A stretch of 50,681 nt of DNA, taken from positions 1 to 50,681 of the IMG/VR virus record IMGVR_UViG_3300011335_000873. The stretch is one strand, 5' to 3'. The stretch is from a virus. Taxonomy: Duplodnaviria; Caudoviricetes. Position 1 is the first letter of the stretch. Every line of letters begins with the position of its first letter. Under the pieces are notes generated by a model. The model saw nothing but the letters and a program-made list of their open reading frames with translations, was not told the DNA's origin and did not search any database. Below, one piece after another: positions 17,585 to 27,182 of this stretch. Both the position numbers and the translations under genes were made by a program.

Positions 17585-18340
17585 ATGGCTGACACTACTC
17601 CTCCTAATGTTTTTCTAGATAACGCCATACGCACTGCGTGGGATGCCTTTTCTCCCACGTTTGCAACTCCGATTGCTTTAGGTGCGTATGGCGCAAAAGT
17701 ATTAGCTGATTCTTTAGCTCCTAAAATTGGAGCATCTCGACGTAACCCTAAGAATGAAGTTGAGTTATATGCGGGCGATGACTATGGGTGGCAAAGTGTT
17801 CCGTCTTATACAAAACTATTTCCTCTTCCGGCTGATAAAAGTCTTCCCCTTAGTATTCCACCTAAAAAACCTGAGAGTTCTACGACTCCCCCTGGTGGCA
17901 ATAATCCGTCTTTGCCCGGATTTGACCCGGCTGTTCAAGATAAGATCGGACCTTTCTCAACAAATCCAACTACGAATATAGGCAAGGAAACGGCTAATTC
18001 TAATCTTGACTTACTTGGTCTTATAAAAGAAAATTATGCTCAAATGGCAGCTTCTAAAGCGGCAGATTGGGATCGATCGCAGATTGTTAGTCAAAACGCA
18101 GAACGTTCAGCAATGGCCAAAACGGAGGCCAATACTGCTCGTCAGATTGAGTTAAGCAATATTGACGCTTGGCGAGCTTTAGCTCAAACCAAAATAAATG
18201 CCAATGCTGCTATTGCTGCTGCAAATGCTGCGGCTATGACAGCGGCACAACGACCCGATGCGGGTTATATGAATGCGGCTTCTCAATTATTCCAGGCTGC
18301 AGCTGCACCTTATGCAAGAGCTGCTGCTAGAGTAGGTTAA
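17585..18340 (+). CDS. putative internal virion / ejection protein
   Basis: Pro-rich linker and Ala/Asn-rich helical C-terminus. Confidence 0.5.
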   Translation: MADTTPPNVFLDNAIRTAWDAFSPTFATPIALGAYGAKVLADSLAPKIGASRRNPKNEVELYAGDDYGWQSVPSYTKLFPLPADKSLPLSIPPKKPESSTTPPGGNNPSLPGFDPAVQDKIGPFSTNPTTNIGKETANSNLDLLGLIKENYAQMAASKAADWDRSQIVSQNAERSAMAKTEANTARQIELSNIDAWRALAQTKINANAAIAAANAAAMTAAQRPDAGYMNAASQLFQAAAAPYARAAARVG

Positions 18341-18343
18341 CTT

Positions 18344-19267
18344 ATGTCCCAAGCACCAACAGGCGGTGGCGGTATGGATCCTTTAACTACTTTAGCTATT
18401 GGTGGTGCAATAAGTGGAATTGGTGCTGTTGCAAATAATTTAACTAAACCTAAAGAACCTAAAGTTGATACTGACGCTGACTGGTACTCTTACTACATGG
18501 GGTCTTTGTTTGGCGGTCCAAATCAAGGTTTAAGTTATGCAACAGCTCAGGCACAGATAGAAGCCGGTAAAGCCGCAGGGCTCCAGGCTATGTATGGCGG
18601 AGCAGAAACAAATGCTCAGTTGGGGGCATTTGAACAAGGTCTTCGGGCAGAAAACGCTGCCCAAGGACTTCAAACTGGAATTGCTAGTCAATCTGCTGGA
18701 GCAGAGTTAGGTTTAGAAGAATCAGCGGGTAAGGGTAAATTAGCTGCTGAATTGCAGCCCGTTCAAACTGCAGGAGAGTTAGCTAAGTCTTATGCTGATG
18801 CTGCTAGTAAAATAGCTCATCAAGGTACTTTAAATCTTGGGGATATAGCAGGAAAAGAAATTTCTGGTACGCAAGCATTAGGTCAGCAAGGTATTCAAGC
18901 TCAACAAGGAATAGCTGAAAAAACTATTGGTGCAGCTAGTGAGCAAGGAGCAGCAGCTCAACAAGGGACTAGTTTACTTGCAAATACACTGCAACAAGGA
19001 ACTACCGAACTTGGAAAAACAACTCTGATTGGTGAAACTAATCTGCTTCAGCCCACAGCAACTAAGTTGGCGGACTCAGCAACAGCCGCTCTAGCTGGGG
19101 AAAATGCGTTGGCACAAAATATTGCTAAGACAAACTTAGATATAACAAAACAACAAGAATCAACACGAAATCAACTTGCTTTACAGCGTGGTCAAGTTGA
19201 AGGTCAGCTAGCCATGAAACGGTTTGGCTTGCAAGCTGCGTTAGGCGGCCATGCTATGTTTGCTTGA
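18344..19267 (+). CDS. putative DNA pilot / ejection protein
   Basis: MDPLTTLAIGGAISGIG N-terminus and Q/A/G-rich repeats of about 11 residues. Confidence 0.55.
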   Translation: MSQAPTGGGGMDPLTTLAIGGAISGIGAVANNLTKPKEPKVDTDADWYSYYMGSLFGGPNQGLSYATAQAQIEAGKAAGLQAMYGGAETNAQLGAFEQGLRAENAAQGLQTGIASQSAGAELGLEESAGKGKLAAELQPVQTAGELAKSYADAASKIAHQGTLNLGDIAGKEISGTQALGQQGIQAQQGIAEKTIGAASEQGAAAQQGTSLLANTLQQGTTELGKTTLIGETNLLQPTATKLADSATAALAGENALAQNIAKTNLDITKQQESTRNQLALQRGQVEGQLAMKRFGLQAALGGHAMFA

Positions 19268-19794
19268 TGACAACAACTATTGAAGCCGACACAACTGTAG
19301 CCAGTTGGTTAAGTTCGTTAGAAAAAGTTCAGAAGGATTCTTTCATACACTACGCTAAAAACGCGACAAGTGATGTGGAATCTTATCTTTTTGCGCGGTT
19401 TTTACAGCCTTCGTATCAAGGTAGTATTGCCGATTTGACCGCGTGGATTCAAGAAAAATACCCAAAAGAAGATTTGCGCAAGATTTTACTAATAGAAATA
19501 GATCAACTTAGAAACGATATAACGCAAGTGCGCAATATGACACTAAACAATATGTTGGATTATGCCACAGCGGCTACAAAAATTTCGTCTTTACAAAAAG
19601 AATTACGCTCCCACATTCAAACGGTGCGAGCAATTACAGACGGGTTAGATCGCCGTGGGTTATTGCTAGCTGGCGCAGACCGGTGCTTACGTGAACTTTC
19701 TAATACTTTCCAAGATCAGCCCACCATCTTGTCTTTGTTAGAAGATGCTGGGCTGATTGTTTGGTCTACTCTTGAACGGGAAGAAAAGTCCTAA
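19267..19794 (+). CDS. hypothetical helical protein (possible small terminase)
   Basis: Coupled ORF with coiled coil; function is a positional guess only. Confidence 0.5.
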   Translation: MTTTIEADTTVASWLSSLEKVQKDSFIHYAKNATSDVESYLFARFLQPSYQGSIADLTAWIQEKYPKEDLRKILLIEIDQLRNDITQVRNMTLNNMLDYATAATKISSLQKELRSHIQTVRAITDGLDRRGLLLAGADRCLRELSNTFQDQPTILSLLEDAGLIVWSTLEREEKS

Positions 19795-20870
19795 GACGCT
19801 TTTACAAGCTTCTTAAGTACTTCGTTTACTGGGCATCTGAAGATACCCATAAAAGCATCGTTCACACCTAAGGACATAGCAAGTTCTTCGCCGTCTAGAG
19901 TAGCGCCGAACGGCAAAATTACGGCAGGTTGATTGGATACTGGATTACCTACGTAGTCCGTCCAGGTAATCAAGGTATCTTCTAGAGAACCTGTGAACAA
20001 CGGTTGTGGGGCTATATGAGTAATTTCTGTAAACTCTTCGTCTGTCATAAATGCACTAAGATGATAAACTAGATACGGGTTACCTAGATCATTATATGTC
20101 ATGTGTTTCCAATGGTAAAATATAAGTTGCTCAGAACCAATTAATAACGGGGGCAATGAACAAAACGTAGGAGCCCCTTGAGTTACGGAATTTAAAATAT
20201 TACTGTCTACACGAATTGCGGGCAATCCCTCCCGTTCGATCACTAACGGGCGTATTGAATACAAACAGTGCAGAAGATCCCGGTGGGAAAAGAAACACCA
20301 ATTTTTTTCCGTTTCTCCCTTAGTTAAATTTTTACCAATAGGAGGGAACGCTGTCTGTACAGCATCACCTAGTTCATTTACGTAGCAGACTGCTACCTTC
20401 GGGGTATCAAACAACTTTCGTCCTCTTTGGTCATATTTGCTGGCGTACTTGGAAGTGACAAACTGTACGTACAAGTCTTCGTCTGGACCTTTAAATAAAC
20501 GAGGATCTTCGTAACTAAGTCGGTGCGGCGTGGAGCGTAGTTTCTTAGCCCCAAGAACGGTGCGATCGTCTACTAATTGCCCGAGATAAATATCTGTATG
20601 AGCGTTATTTAAATAAAAGTAATTGTTGTCGTACCTGAACCCAAATGGCTCGGCTTGTGACCTCCACGCTACGAACGTTTGGTCATTATGGTTCAGCATT
20701 GAGGGGCTAAAGTTACCAACGCTGTCTTTTGGCAATCCGTGGACAATACGTTTAAACTGCCCGTTTAGAGCTTCCGCTTGCCTGTAAACGCTGGGAACTC
20801 CTTTGAACTCTTTTTTGATTGGAAGAACAACGTCTGAGTTGACGTGACGGAAGCGGTGTGTAGTTTGCAT
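19791..20870 (-). CDS. beta-propeller glycosidase / phosphorylase-like protein (GH130-like)
   Basis: FSPSM, YEDPRLF, EKNWCFF, VILPFG and SLGVND motifs. Confidence 0.65.
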   Translation of the reverse strand: MQTTHRFRHVNSDVVLPIKKEFKGVPSVYRQAEALNGQFKRIVHGLPKDSVGNFSPSMLNHNDQTFVAWRSQAEPFGFRYDNNYFYLNNAHTDIYLGQLVDDRTVLGAKKLRSTPHRLSYEDPRLFKGPDEDLYVQFVTSKYASKYDQRGRKLFDTPKVAVCYVNELGDAVQTAFPPIGKNLTKGETEKNWCFFSHRDLLHCLYSIRPLVIEREGLPAIRVDSNILNSVTQGAPTFCSLPPLLIGSEQLIFYHWKHMTYNDLGNPYLVYHLSAFMTDEEFTEITHIAPQPLFTGSLEDTLITWTDYVGNPVSNQPAVILPFGATLDGEELAMSLGVNDAFMGIFRCPVNEVLKKLVKAS

Positions 20871-20871
20871 A

Positions 20872-22044
20872 TCAAGCGAGAAGATCGTTAATGGCTTTGA
20901 TGAATCCCATTGAGACGGACTCCCAGCGGTATTCTGGTCGTTGTGTTACGGCGTAGCAAGTTTCTGCTACTTCTTCGTACAAGTCTTCTTCATCGTACAG
21001 AGCTGTAAGTATTTCAGCTGTGTGACCCGTACTGACTAGACCACGTTCTACTCCCAGGTCCTTGTCTGTAACCCACGTTGCTACGTCAATTAGCAAACCA
21101 GCTTCTTCCCAAATGTCTTTACACGCCGTGTGGTTTGGTACTACTTGGGGCTTCTTGCAACTTGCATGCTCAAAGCTCACAAGACCCCAACCTTCGCCAT
21201 CTGCTGTGTTGAGTCCTACATCGCAGGCGTTATATATAGTATTGAGCAGTTCGTCCGGCGGAGCGGCAATATAATTGATTTCGTTTGAAGTCAAAATTAG
21301 TCGTTGTTTGTCGTCTAGCCCCAGGCGTCCCATCTCCCGTTTAAATAGAGCTGTGATATCCCAACCAAGATCCTTAGTCCCCATGTGGAGATAAAGCATT
21401 GTATCTGGTTTATCTACAGCAAATTCTGCAAACGCTTTAATTGTTAGATCAATTCGTTTCCGTGGTTGGTTTCTGTTTCCGTTAAATACGATAAATCTAT
21501 CTTGAGGCAACCCTAGAGCTGTTCTTGCCTGCTCCCTCGGCATTGGGTTGAACTTAGAGATGTCTACGCCGTGCGGTAGAACCCCTAACTTACTGGGTTT
21601 GATATCGTGTTTAAGTATACGGTGCGCACAGTTAATTGTAAACGTTATAGCGATATCCCAATATGGAATATTTCTCAGCATATCGGGGTAATAATACTCG
21701 CTGTCTACAGGGAAATACGCAATAAATTTAAATTTATACTGATCTTTAAGAAACTGAATTCGTTCCCAAACTTGGTTAACAATCCAAATATCGTTTAAAC
21801 ATATAAAAATGTCCGGTTTGATTTTATCGATTAGTTCGGGCAACCGTGGGATACCAAAACGATCAGGGCATGACAAATTCGATGCCGGATAAATCTTATA
21901 AGGAAGATCGTGAGGGTCTCCGTTATAGTTAATACCAACAACTTCTACTTCATGTTCTTTCTGTAGATGTTCTAGTATGCTGGCGGTTACTCGACCAAAT
22001 CCTGTATTTGAACATGCATCCCCGTACCAAAGCACTTTTGCCAC
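20872..22044 (-). CDS. GT-B glycosyltransferase (GT4-like)
   Basis: TGFGRV, PHGVD, NRNQPRKRID and YNACDV...GEGWGLVSFE. Confidence 0.9.
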   Translation of the reverse strand: MAKVLWYGDACSNTGFGRVTASILEHLQKEHEVEVVGINYNGDPHDLPYKIYPASNLSCPDRFGIPRLPELIDKIKPDIFICLNDIWIVNQVWERIQFLKDQYKFKFIAYFPVDSEYYYPDMLRNIPYWDIAITFTINCAHRILKHDIKPSKLGVLPHGVDISKFNPMPREQARTALGLPQDRFIVFNGNRNQPRKRIDLTIKAFAEFAVDKPDTMLYLHMGTKDLGWDITALFKREMGRLGLDDKQRLILTSNEINYIAAPPDELLNTIYNACDVGLNTADGEGWGLVSFEHASCKKPQVVPNHTACKDIWEEAGLLIDVATWVTDKDLGVERGLVSTGHTAEILTALYDEEDLYEEVAETCYAVTQRPEYRWESVSMGFIKAINDLLA

Positions 22045-22098
22045 TTTATCAGTAAGCTTGGAGTACGATCACTATAGCAACATTGTCAGCTTACTGAT

Positions 22099-24162
22099 AT
22101 GCCTAGTCGGGAAACTTTCGCTTATCGCCGTAAAGCTCAGTTAAATGCTGCACGAGCTGTTGAAGTAACTGAAAAAGAAGATAATTCTATATACGCTAAA
22201 GCTGCTAATGACTTTCCTACTTTCTGTGTGCTTATGGATAAAGCTCCTGCTCCTCATATGATGGAGTGGCACAGGCATTTGATCACAGGAGAAAGCAATA
22301 GATACTTGTTAGACATAGCTGGAGCAAACCTTGATATTCTGAGCCCCAGAGGCAGCGCTAAAAGCACAGTATTAAACTTATTTACTGCATGGGCTATAGG
22401 GAGACACACATCAGCACAAATGCCTTTACAGATTATATACTGTTCGTATAACATAGCAACAGCTATACCTAAAAGCCGAATCATTAAACAATTGATTGAT
22501 AACACAACGTTTAAACGTATATTTCCTCGTGTTCGTCTAAAACCAGGAATGCAGTCGGATATTGGTTGGGCTGTTGATTTTGAATACGCCGGAATTCCAC
22601 GGGTGGGTGATGAAGAATATACACTCAGAGCTGCTGGTCTACGCGGCTCAATTACGTCAAAACGCGCACACTTATGTCTGACGGGCGATACATTAGTTTT
22701 GACTGATCAAGGCGAACAACCAATTGAAAAAATTTACGCAAATCCCGAACGCTTTCTAATTGCTGTCAGAAACTCAAAAACTAATCAAATTGATTGGAGC
22801 AACGTGGAAGCAGTTACGCGACGTTGTTCTTCAGAAATTGTTCACATTAGAACAACAAGTAACGGTTACATTTCCGCAACTCCTGAGCACCCTTTCCTTA
22901 CAACAGACCAAAAGTACGAATGGGCAGGAGATATTAGTGCAGGGCAAACCCTTGTTGGAGTAGCTTTAAATAAAAATAGTTTTAACTCGGAAGAATTTTA
23001 CGAATGTCAAATGCAGTACAAAGGAGAAAAAGTCCTTTGCAAAAAACGAAACAAGTCAAACAGCTCCGAGTGCTCCTCACCAGATCACAGACAGAGCTGG
23101 GAGACCCTCACCGTTTCCGGAGTTGAAAGAATTAGCAACGGAACGCACATCGTTTATGACCTTGAGCTAGACCACACAGATCATAATTTTATTGCAAATG
23201 GGTTTGTTGTAAGCAATTGTTTAGTCGATGACCCTATAAAATCTTCGGCGGAACTACGTAATCCGACAATTCGGGACGAAATGAATAATAACTGGTCGTC
23301 TGTTATAGCTCCGATTATTTTTGATGGCGGTCGGGCTATTTGTCTAGGCACTCGATTCCATCCTTTAGATATTCATAAAACTATGTTTTCCCCTTCTAAG
23401 GGCTGGAATCAAGTTTCTCAAGAAGCCCTAACGTACAACAATAAAGGAGAGCCGGTAAGCTATTGGCCTGAACAATGGTCTGTCGATTATTTATTACAGA
23501 CAAAAGAATTAGATCCTGTTGCATTTGCGTTTCAGTACCAACAACAACCTGTTCTAACGTCGGACCTAATCGTGTCTCCCGATCTTCTCGTCCGGGCTGA
23601 CGTTGAGATGGAGTTTGATTCCTTAGCTGTAGGAATTGATTTGTCTGCTAGTGCTAAAGAAACTAGCGACTACACGGCATTTGTTTTGGGCGGACGACTT
23701 AAAGATAAGTATTACATTATTGATGCACATCAGTGCCGTTCCGTAGGAAATTTAGAGAAGATAGATTTACTGTGTGAGATGTTACTTGAATGGGGAATTT
23801 TAACTTTTGAGAACGACACGTATTTTCCGACTTATTCGACGATCACGCTGGTAGTTGAGTCAGTTGCTTATCAAGCAAGCTTGTCCGCTGATTTAAAACG
23901 TGTACTTTTAAATGACCGTGGATTATCAAATATCCATATACACGAGGTATCCGGTTTTAGAGGAGATAAAGTTGCCCGTTTCCGAGGAACCTTGGGATTG
24001 CTTGAAAACAGAAAGATAACGTTTAATCGGTACCGTAAATTTGATGCGTTATTTGAGCAGATTATAAATGTGGGATCCACGTCCCATGACGACTTACTCG
24101 ATGCTTACACACACTTAATAACCTTTTTACAAAGGCGGGGCAGTTTTTCGATAGAGTACTAA
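22099..24162 (+). CDS. terL: terminase large subunit with intein
   Basis: Walker A SPRGSAKST, Walker B HL|CLVDDP after intein removal, LGTRFH, QYQQQP, nuclease motifs GIDLS...SDYTA and HDDLLDA. Confidence 0.93.
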   Translation: MPSRETFAYRRKAQLNAARAVEVTEKEDNSIYAKAANDFPTFCVLMDKAPAPHMMEWHRHLITGESNRYLLDIAGANLDILSPRGSAKSTVLNLFTAWAIGRHTSAQMPLQIIYCSYNIATAIPKSRIIKQLIDNTTFKRIFPRVRLKPGMQSDIGWAVDFEYAGIPRVGDEEYTLRAAGLRGSITSKRAHLCLTGDTLVLTDQGEQPIEKIYANPERFLIAVRNSKTNQIDWSNVEAVTRRCSSEIVHIRTTSNGYISATPEHPFLTTDQKYEWAGDISAGQTLVGVALNKNSFNSEEFYECQMQYKGEKVLCKKRNKSNSSECSSPDHRQSWETLTVSGVERISNGTHIVYDLELDHTDHNFIANGFVVSNCLVDDPIKSSAELRNPTIRDEMNNNWSSVIAPIIFDGGRAICLGTRFHPLDIHKTMFSPSKGWNQVSQEALTYNNKGEPVSYWPEQWSVDYLLQTKELDPVAFAFQYQQQPVLTSDLIVSPDLLVRADVEMEFDSLAVGIDLSASAKETSDYTAFVLGGRLKDKYYIIDAHQCRSVGNLEKIDLLCEMLLEWGILTFENDTYFPTYSTITLVVESVAYQASLSADLKRVLLNDRGLSNIHIHEVSGFRGDKVARFRGTLGLLENRKITFNRYRKFDALFEQIINVGSTSHDDLLDAYTHLITFLQRRGSFSIEY
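22675..23217 (+). mobile_element. mini-intein (181 aa) in TerL
   Basis: Block A CLTGDTLV, block B ATPEHPF, blocks F/G VYDLEL...HNFIANGFVVSN followed by Cys+1; no recognisable endonuclease domain. Confidence 0.92.
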
Positions 24163-24177
24163 AGGGGCTCTTACGAC

Positions 24178-25050
24178 ATGTCGAAAAAGCTGTGGATTGC
24201 CATTACGGCCAACAATCCTTTACAGCGGGTAGATCCTCTACTCACTGTGTTGCGAGGCTATGCCGATTTTCCTTGTGATATTTCTGTAAAGATTTATATC
24301 GATTATGCGTCTCAAAACGACGTAGATACTCTATATGGAATATTAGAAGAATTTAAAGGATTGAATATTGAGATAAAAGTTGCAAGTCCAGGGTATCACG
24401 GTTGGTATTTAACCTGGGCGCACAAAACAGATTTAGCTCTAGCGATTCTCAATAGAGAAGCTGATTACTATATCTATTCTGAGAATGACATGTTACTTAC
24501 GTATGAAAACTTTAAATACTACCTTAAGTGGAAACCTGTTTTAAGCAAGTATCAACTTGAGCCAGGTTTTGTCAGGTACGAACAAAAGCAACATAAAAAA
24601 GTACCGTTCGATAATTATTATGTGTATTCGCTGACAAAAGAAACACCCAACGTGTGGGATACCCGTGGGTTTACTGTGCCAAATGTACTTGTGGTTGACT
24701 ATGACGTTGACTTTTTTGTGCAGTTAGCTAACCCGTATTACGGGGCAATGATTCTAGATCAAACGGATGGCGAAGTTTATATACGTTCAGATAGTTACGA
24801 TCCTGAAAAAAGTTATGCAAAAGTGGGGGTGCGTAACTGGCCTATTGCCGATCGAAGTTCGATGGGGCTGACATTTGAAAACCCACCGTTTAACTTTGAA
24901 CACAGGCGATGCGTGCCAGTTAAGAAAAAACAAGATAACTACGAAATTTTACCGTGTGGTTTAGTGCTGCACGAAGGCACTAAATATTCGGATCTCATAC
25001 CGTGTTCTGTTGACTCTTTAATATCTTGCGATAGGATGCTTACGTTATAG
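24178..25050 (+). CDS. hypothetical protein, possibly glycosyltransferase-like
   Basis: DYYIYSENDM resembles a GT-A DxD region; in a glyco-gene neighbourhood. Confidence 0.5.
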   Translation: MSKKLWIAITANNPLQRVDPLLTVLRGYADFPCDISVKIYIDYASQNDVDTLYGILEEFKGLNIEIKVASPGYHGWYLTWAHKTDLALAILNREADYYIYSENDMLLTYENFKYYLKWKPVLSKYQLEPGFVRYEQKQHKKVPFDNYYVYSLTKETPNVWDTRGFTVPNVLVVDYDVDFFVQLANPYYGAMILDQTDGEVYIRSDSYDPEKSYAKVGVRNWPIADRSSMGLTFENPPFNFEHRRCVPVKKKQDNYEILPCGLVLHEGTKYSDLIPCSVDSLISCDRMLTL

Positions 25051-25069
25051 GTTTATGTGAGCTTAACTT

Positions 25070-25276
25070 ATGGGTGACGTACGTCCGGATTATTACAAAA
25101 AAGATGGTTTAGAATGTTATGATTTTCAACGAGCATCTACTGGCTTGATTAAATTTCAAGGTTACTTAGAGAATTGCATATATAAATATTTGTGGCGGTG
25201 GGAAGATAAAAACGGCAAACAAGATTTGCAGAAAGCTCAGGTTTATCTAGCTAAGCTTATAGAAACACTTGAGTAG
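25070..25276 (+). CDS. DUF3310-family phage protein
   Basis: VRPDYY...ECYD...KYLWRWEDKNGKQDLQKAQVYL. Confidence 0.85.
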   Translation: MGDVRPDYYKKDGLECYDFQRASTGLIKFQGYLENCIYKYLWRWEDKNGKQDLQKAQVYLAKLIETLE

Positions 25277-25278
25277 AC

Positions 25279-25563
25279 ATGGACGTACGTGCTTTTGGCA
25301 GTTATTATGGACAAACAGCAGTTCTTTCTTACGCTAGCGGACTTGCTTTGTCTCCTAGCGGGCAGTCTTTTAACTTTCCCGCTTGCCGCGCTGTCCTTAT
25401 CAATGGCGGTACTAGCAACCAAGATTTACAAGTACTTTTTACAGACGGTACTAACACACCGATAACGTTAAAAAAAGTCCCAGCCGGTTCTATCTTACCG
25501 ATTTCTATTACGGCTATTAGCGGGGCTGCCACCACGGTGGGTGACGTTGTAATTCTGTACTGA
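25279..25563 (+). CDS. small beta-rich virion/spike-like protein
   Basis: RAVLINGG...VPAGSILPI pattern. Confidence 0.55.
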   Translation: MDVRAFGSYYGQTAVLSYASGLALSPSGQSFNFPACRAVLINGGTSNQDLQVLFTDGTNTPITLKKVPAGSILPISITAISGAATTVGDVVILY

Positions 25564-25586
25564 GTCTTTTACTTTTTGATAGCACA

Positions 25587-25784
25587 ATGTCTTACTCTGC
25601 TTTTGTAGACGCTCTTACTCCAGGTAGAACCTTTAGCGATCGAGCCGGTTTACCTACAACAAATAGTTTGATAAGGGAAATAAGTACGCCTTCAACTATT
25701 TCTGCGGACCTTCAAGCATACGTTTTGAATGTAACTAAGGATGCGCTTTTACAAAAAGCTCTTAATAGACAAATTCGAATTTAG
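25587..25784 (+). CDS. hypothetical protein
   Basis: 65-aa ORF in operon. Confidence 0.5.
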   Translation: MSYSAFVDALTPGRTFSDRAGLPTTNSLIREISTPSTISADLQAYVLNVTKDALLQKALNRQIRI

Positions 25785-25833
25785 TTAACCTTGTTTATTG
25801 TTATCGAGTATCTTTTAAGAAAGGCACAAAACC

Positions 25834-26133
25834 ATGGATAACCCATTTAAGCAAGCGCACGGATTTTTTTCTGAAGCATATGCCATGCAGGAGGAAGCTG
25901 CGCAAGACCAGACCAGGAATCAGCGGCAGGTAGACAGTCCTCAGAGGCATGATTATTTTCCTACTCGGAGGGAAGCATATAATCCGAATTCTCCTGCACA
26001 CAACTCACATAGGTTTATGGAAGACCTTAAACGAGGTCTTTTAGAGCATGCCGCTCGTAAACGTGTAGCCGGTAATCACATGGAATTTAAGGCCGGTGGT
26101 GGAGTACCTGTCGAATCAGTGCTACCATCATAG
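25834..26133 (+). CDS. hypothetical protein
   Basis: 99 aa; AAACCATG leader; contains RVAG. Confidence 0.6.
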   Translation: MDNPFKQAHGFFSEAYAMQEEAAQDQTRNQRQVDSPQRHDYFPTRREAYNPNSPAHNSHRFMEDLKRGLLEHAARKRVAGNHMEFKAGGGVPVESVLPS

Positions 26134-26153
26134 TGACAGCCTGCAACGGGTAA

Positions 26154-26996
26154 ATGCTTTACGACTGTTTTTTATACTTTGATGAAAAAGAACTCCTAGA
26201 ACTGAGGGTAAACTTATTAAAAGATATAGTTGACGGATTTATTGTTACAGATGGAAATTTAACTTTTAAAGGTGACCCAAAACCCTTTACTTGTTTAGAC
26301 ACGATCCGGGAACTCGGACTACCTGAAGAAAAAATTCAAGTGCTTCACGTAGAGCTGCCTCCGAAAGAGGTGGCCCTTAATCCTTGGATACGAGAGTACG
26401 CACAGCGAGATGCCCTAGCCGTGGGTATGCGACTAACTCCTCCGGATTCGGTTTTCTTTTTTAGTGACGTTGACGAAATTCCTAAACCCGAAGCTCTTTT
26501 GCAAGCCGTACAGGTAGCCCAAGATAATCCAGACCGGTGTGTGCGACTTTCTATGCCTATGTTCTATGGTCGTGCAGATTTACGAGTTATGGACCCTAAT
26601 GGAGATCCGGCTAAACCTCCCAATAATTGGACTTGCGGTACTGTTGTACTATACGATCACCTTGAGGAGACTCCTTCACAAATCCGTATGAAGGACAACG
26701 GCTTAGTTGTAGGGGAATGTGACGCTGGCTGGCATTTTTCTTGGATGGGGGATTCCTCCAGAATGAAACGAAAGCTTACTTCGTTCTCTCATTGTTATGA
26801 TGAGATACCCAACGCACATGCTCCTGCTTACAGTCAAGAAATGTTGGATTACCTGGATACGTATAAGGCTAAAGCTGGAGGAACTGATCCATTGGGGCGC
26901 GGAGATCATGTACTAGTTCCGTACCCACATGAACTACTTCCGTCTGAATTGTTTAAACTAGATGGAGTTAGGAAGTATTTGCTACCCGATGACTAA
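26154..26996 (+). CDS. GT17-family (MGAT3-like) glycosyltransferase
   Basis: YDCFLYFDEKELLELR, REYAQRD, SDVDEIP, GWHFSW and KLTSFSH. Confidence 0.85.
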   Translation: MLYDCFLYFDEKELLELRVNLLKDIVDGFIVTDGNLTFKGDPKPFTCLDTIRELGLPEEKIQVLHVELPPKEVALNPWIREYAQRDALAVGMRLTPPDSVFFFSDVDEIPKPEALLQAVQVAQDNPDRCVRLSMPMFYGRADLRVMDPNGDPAKPPNNWTCGTVVLYDHLEETPSQIRMKDNGLVVGECDAGWHFSWMGDSSRMKRKLTSFSHCYDEIPNAHAPAYSQEMLDYLDTYKAKAGGTDPLGRGDHVLVPYPHELLPSELFKLDGVRKYLLPDD

Positions 26997-27144
26997 CCGC
27001 GCATCCGAAGAAGCCCGCGAGCGTTTCTCTAAAAAATCCCACGACGAAGACGAGCGTGGGGAACGTAACGAAGGGAGTAAGGAGGCTCGTATGGAAGCTC
27101 TTCGTAAAGCACGTAAGGCCAAGCAAATGCGTAAGAAAGGCTGA
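26989..27144 (+). CDS. small highly charged protein
   Basis: MTNRASEEAR...KQMRKKG; overlaps the GT17 stop. Confidence 0.55.
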   Translation: MTNRASEEARERFSKKSHDEDERGERNEGSKEARMEALRKARKAKQMRKKG

Positions 27145-27182
27145 TTCAGCCCGTAAATTAAATTCGTTTCTGAACTACCGGT

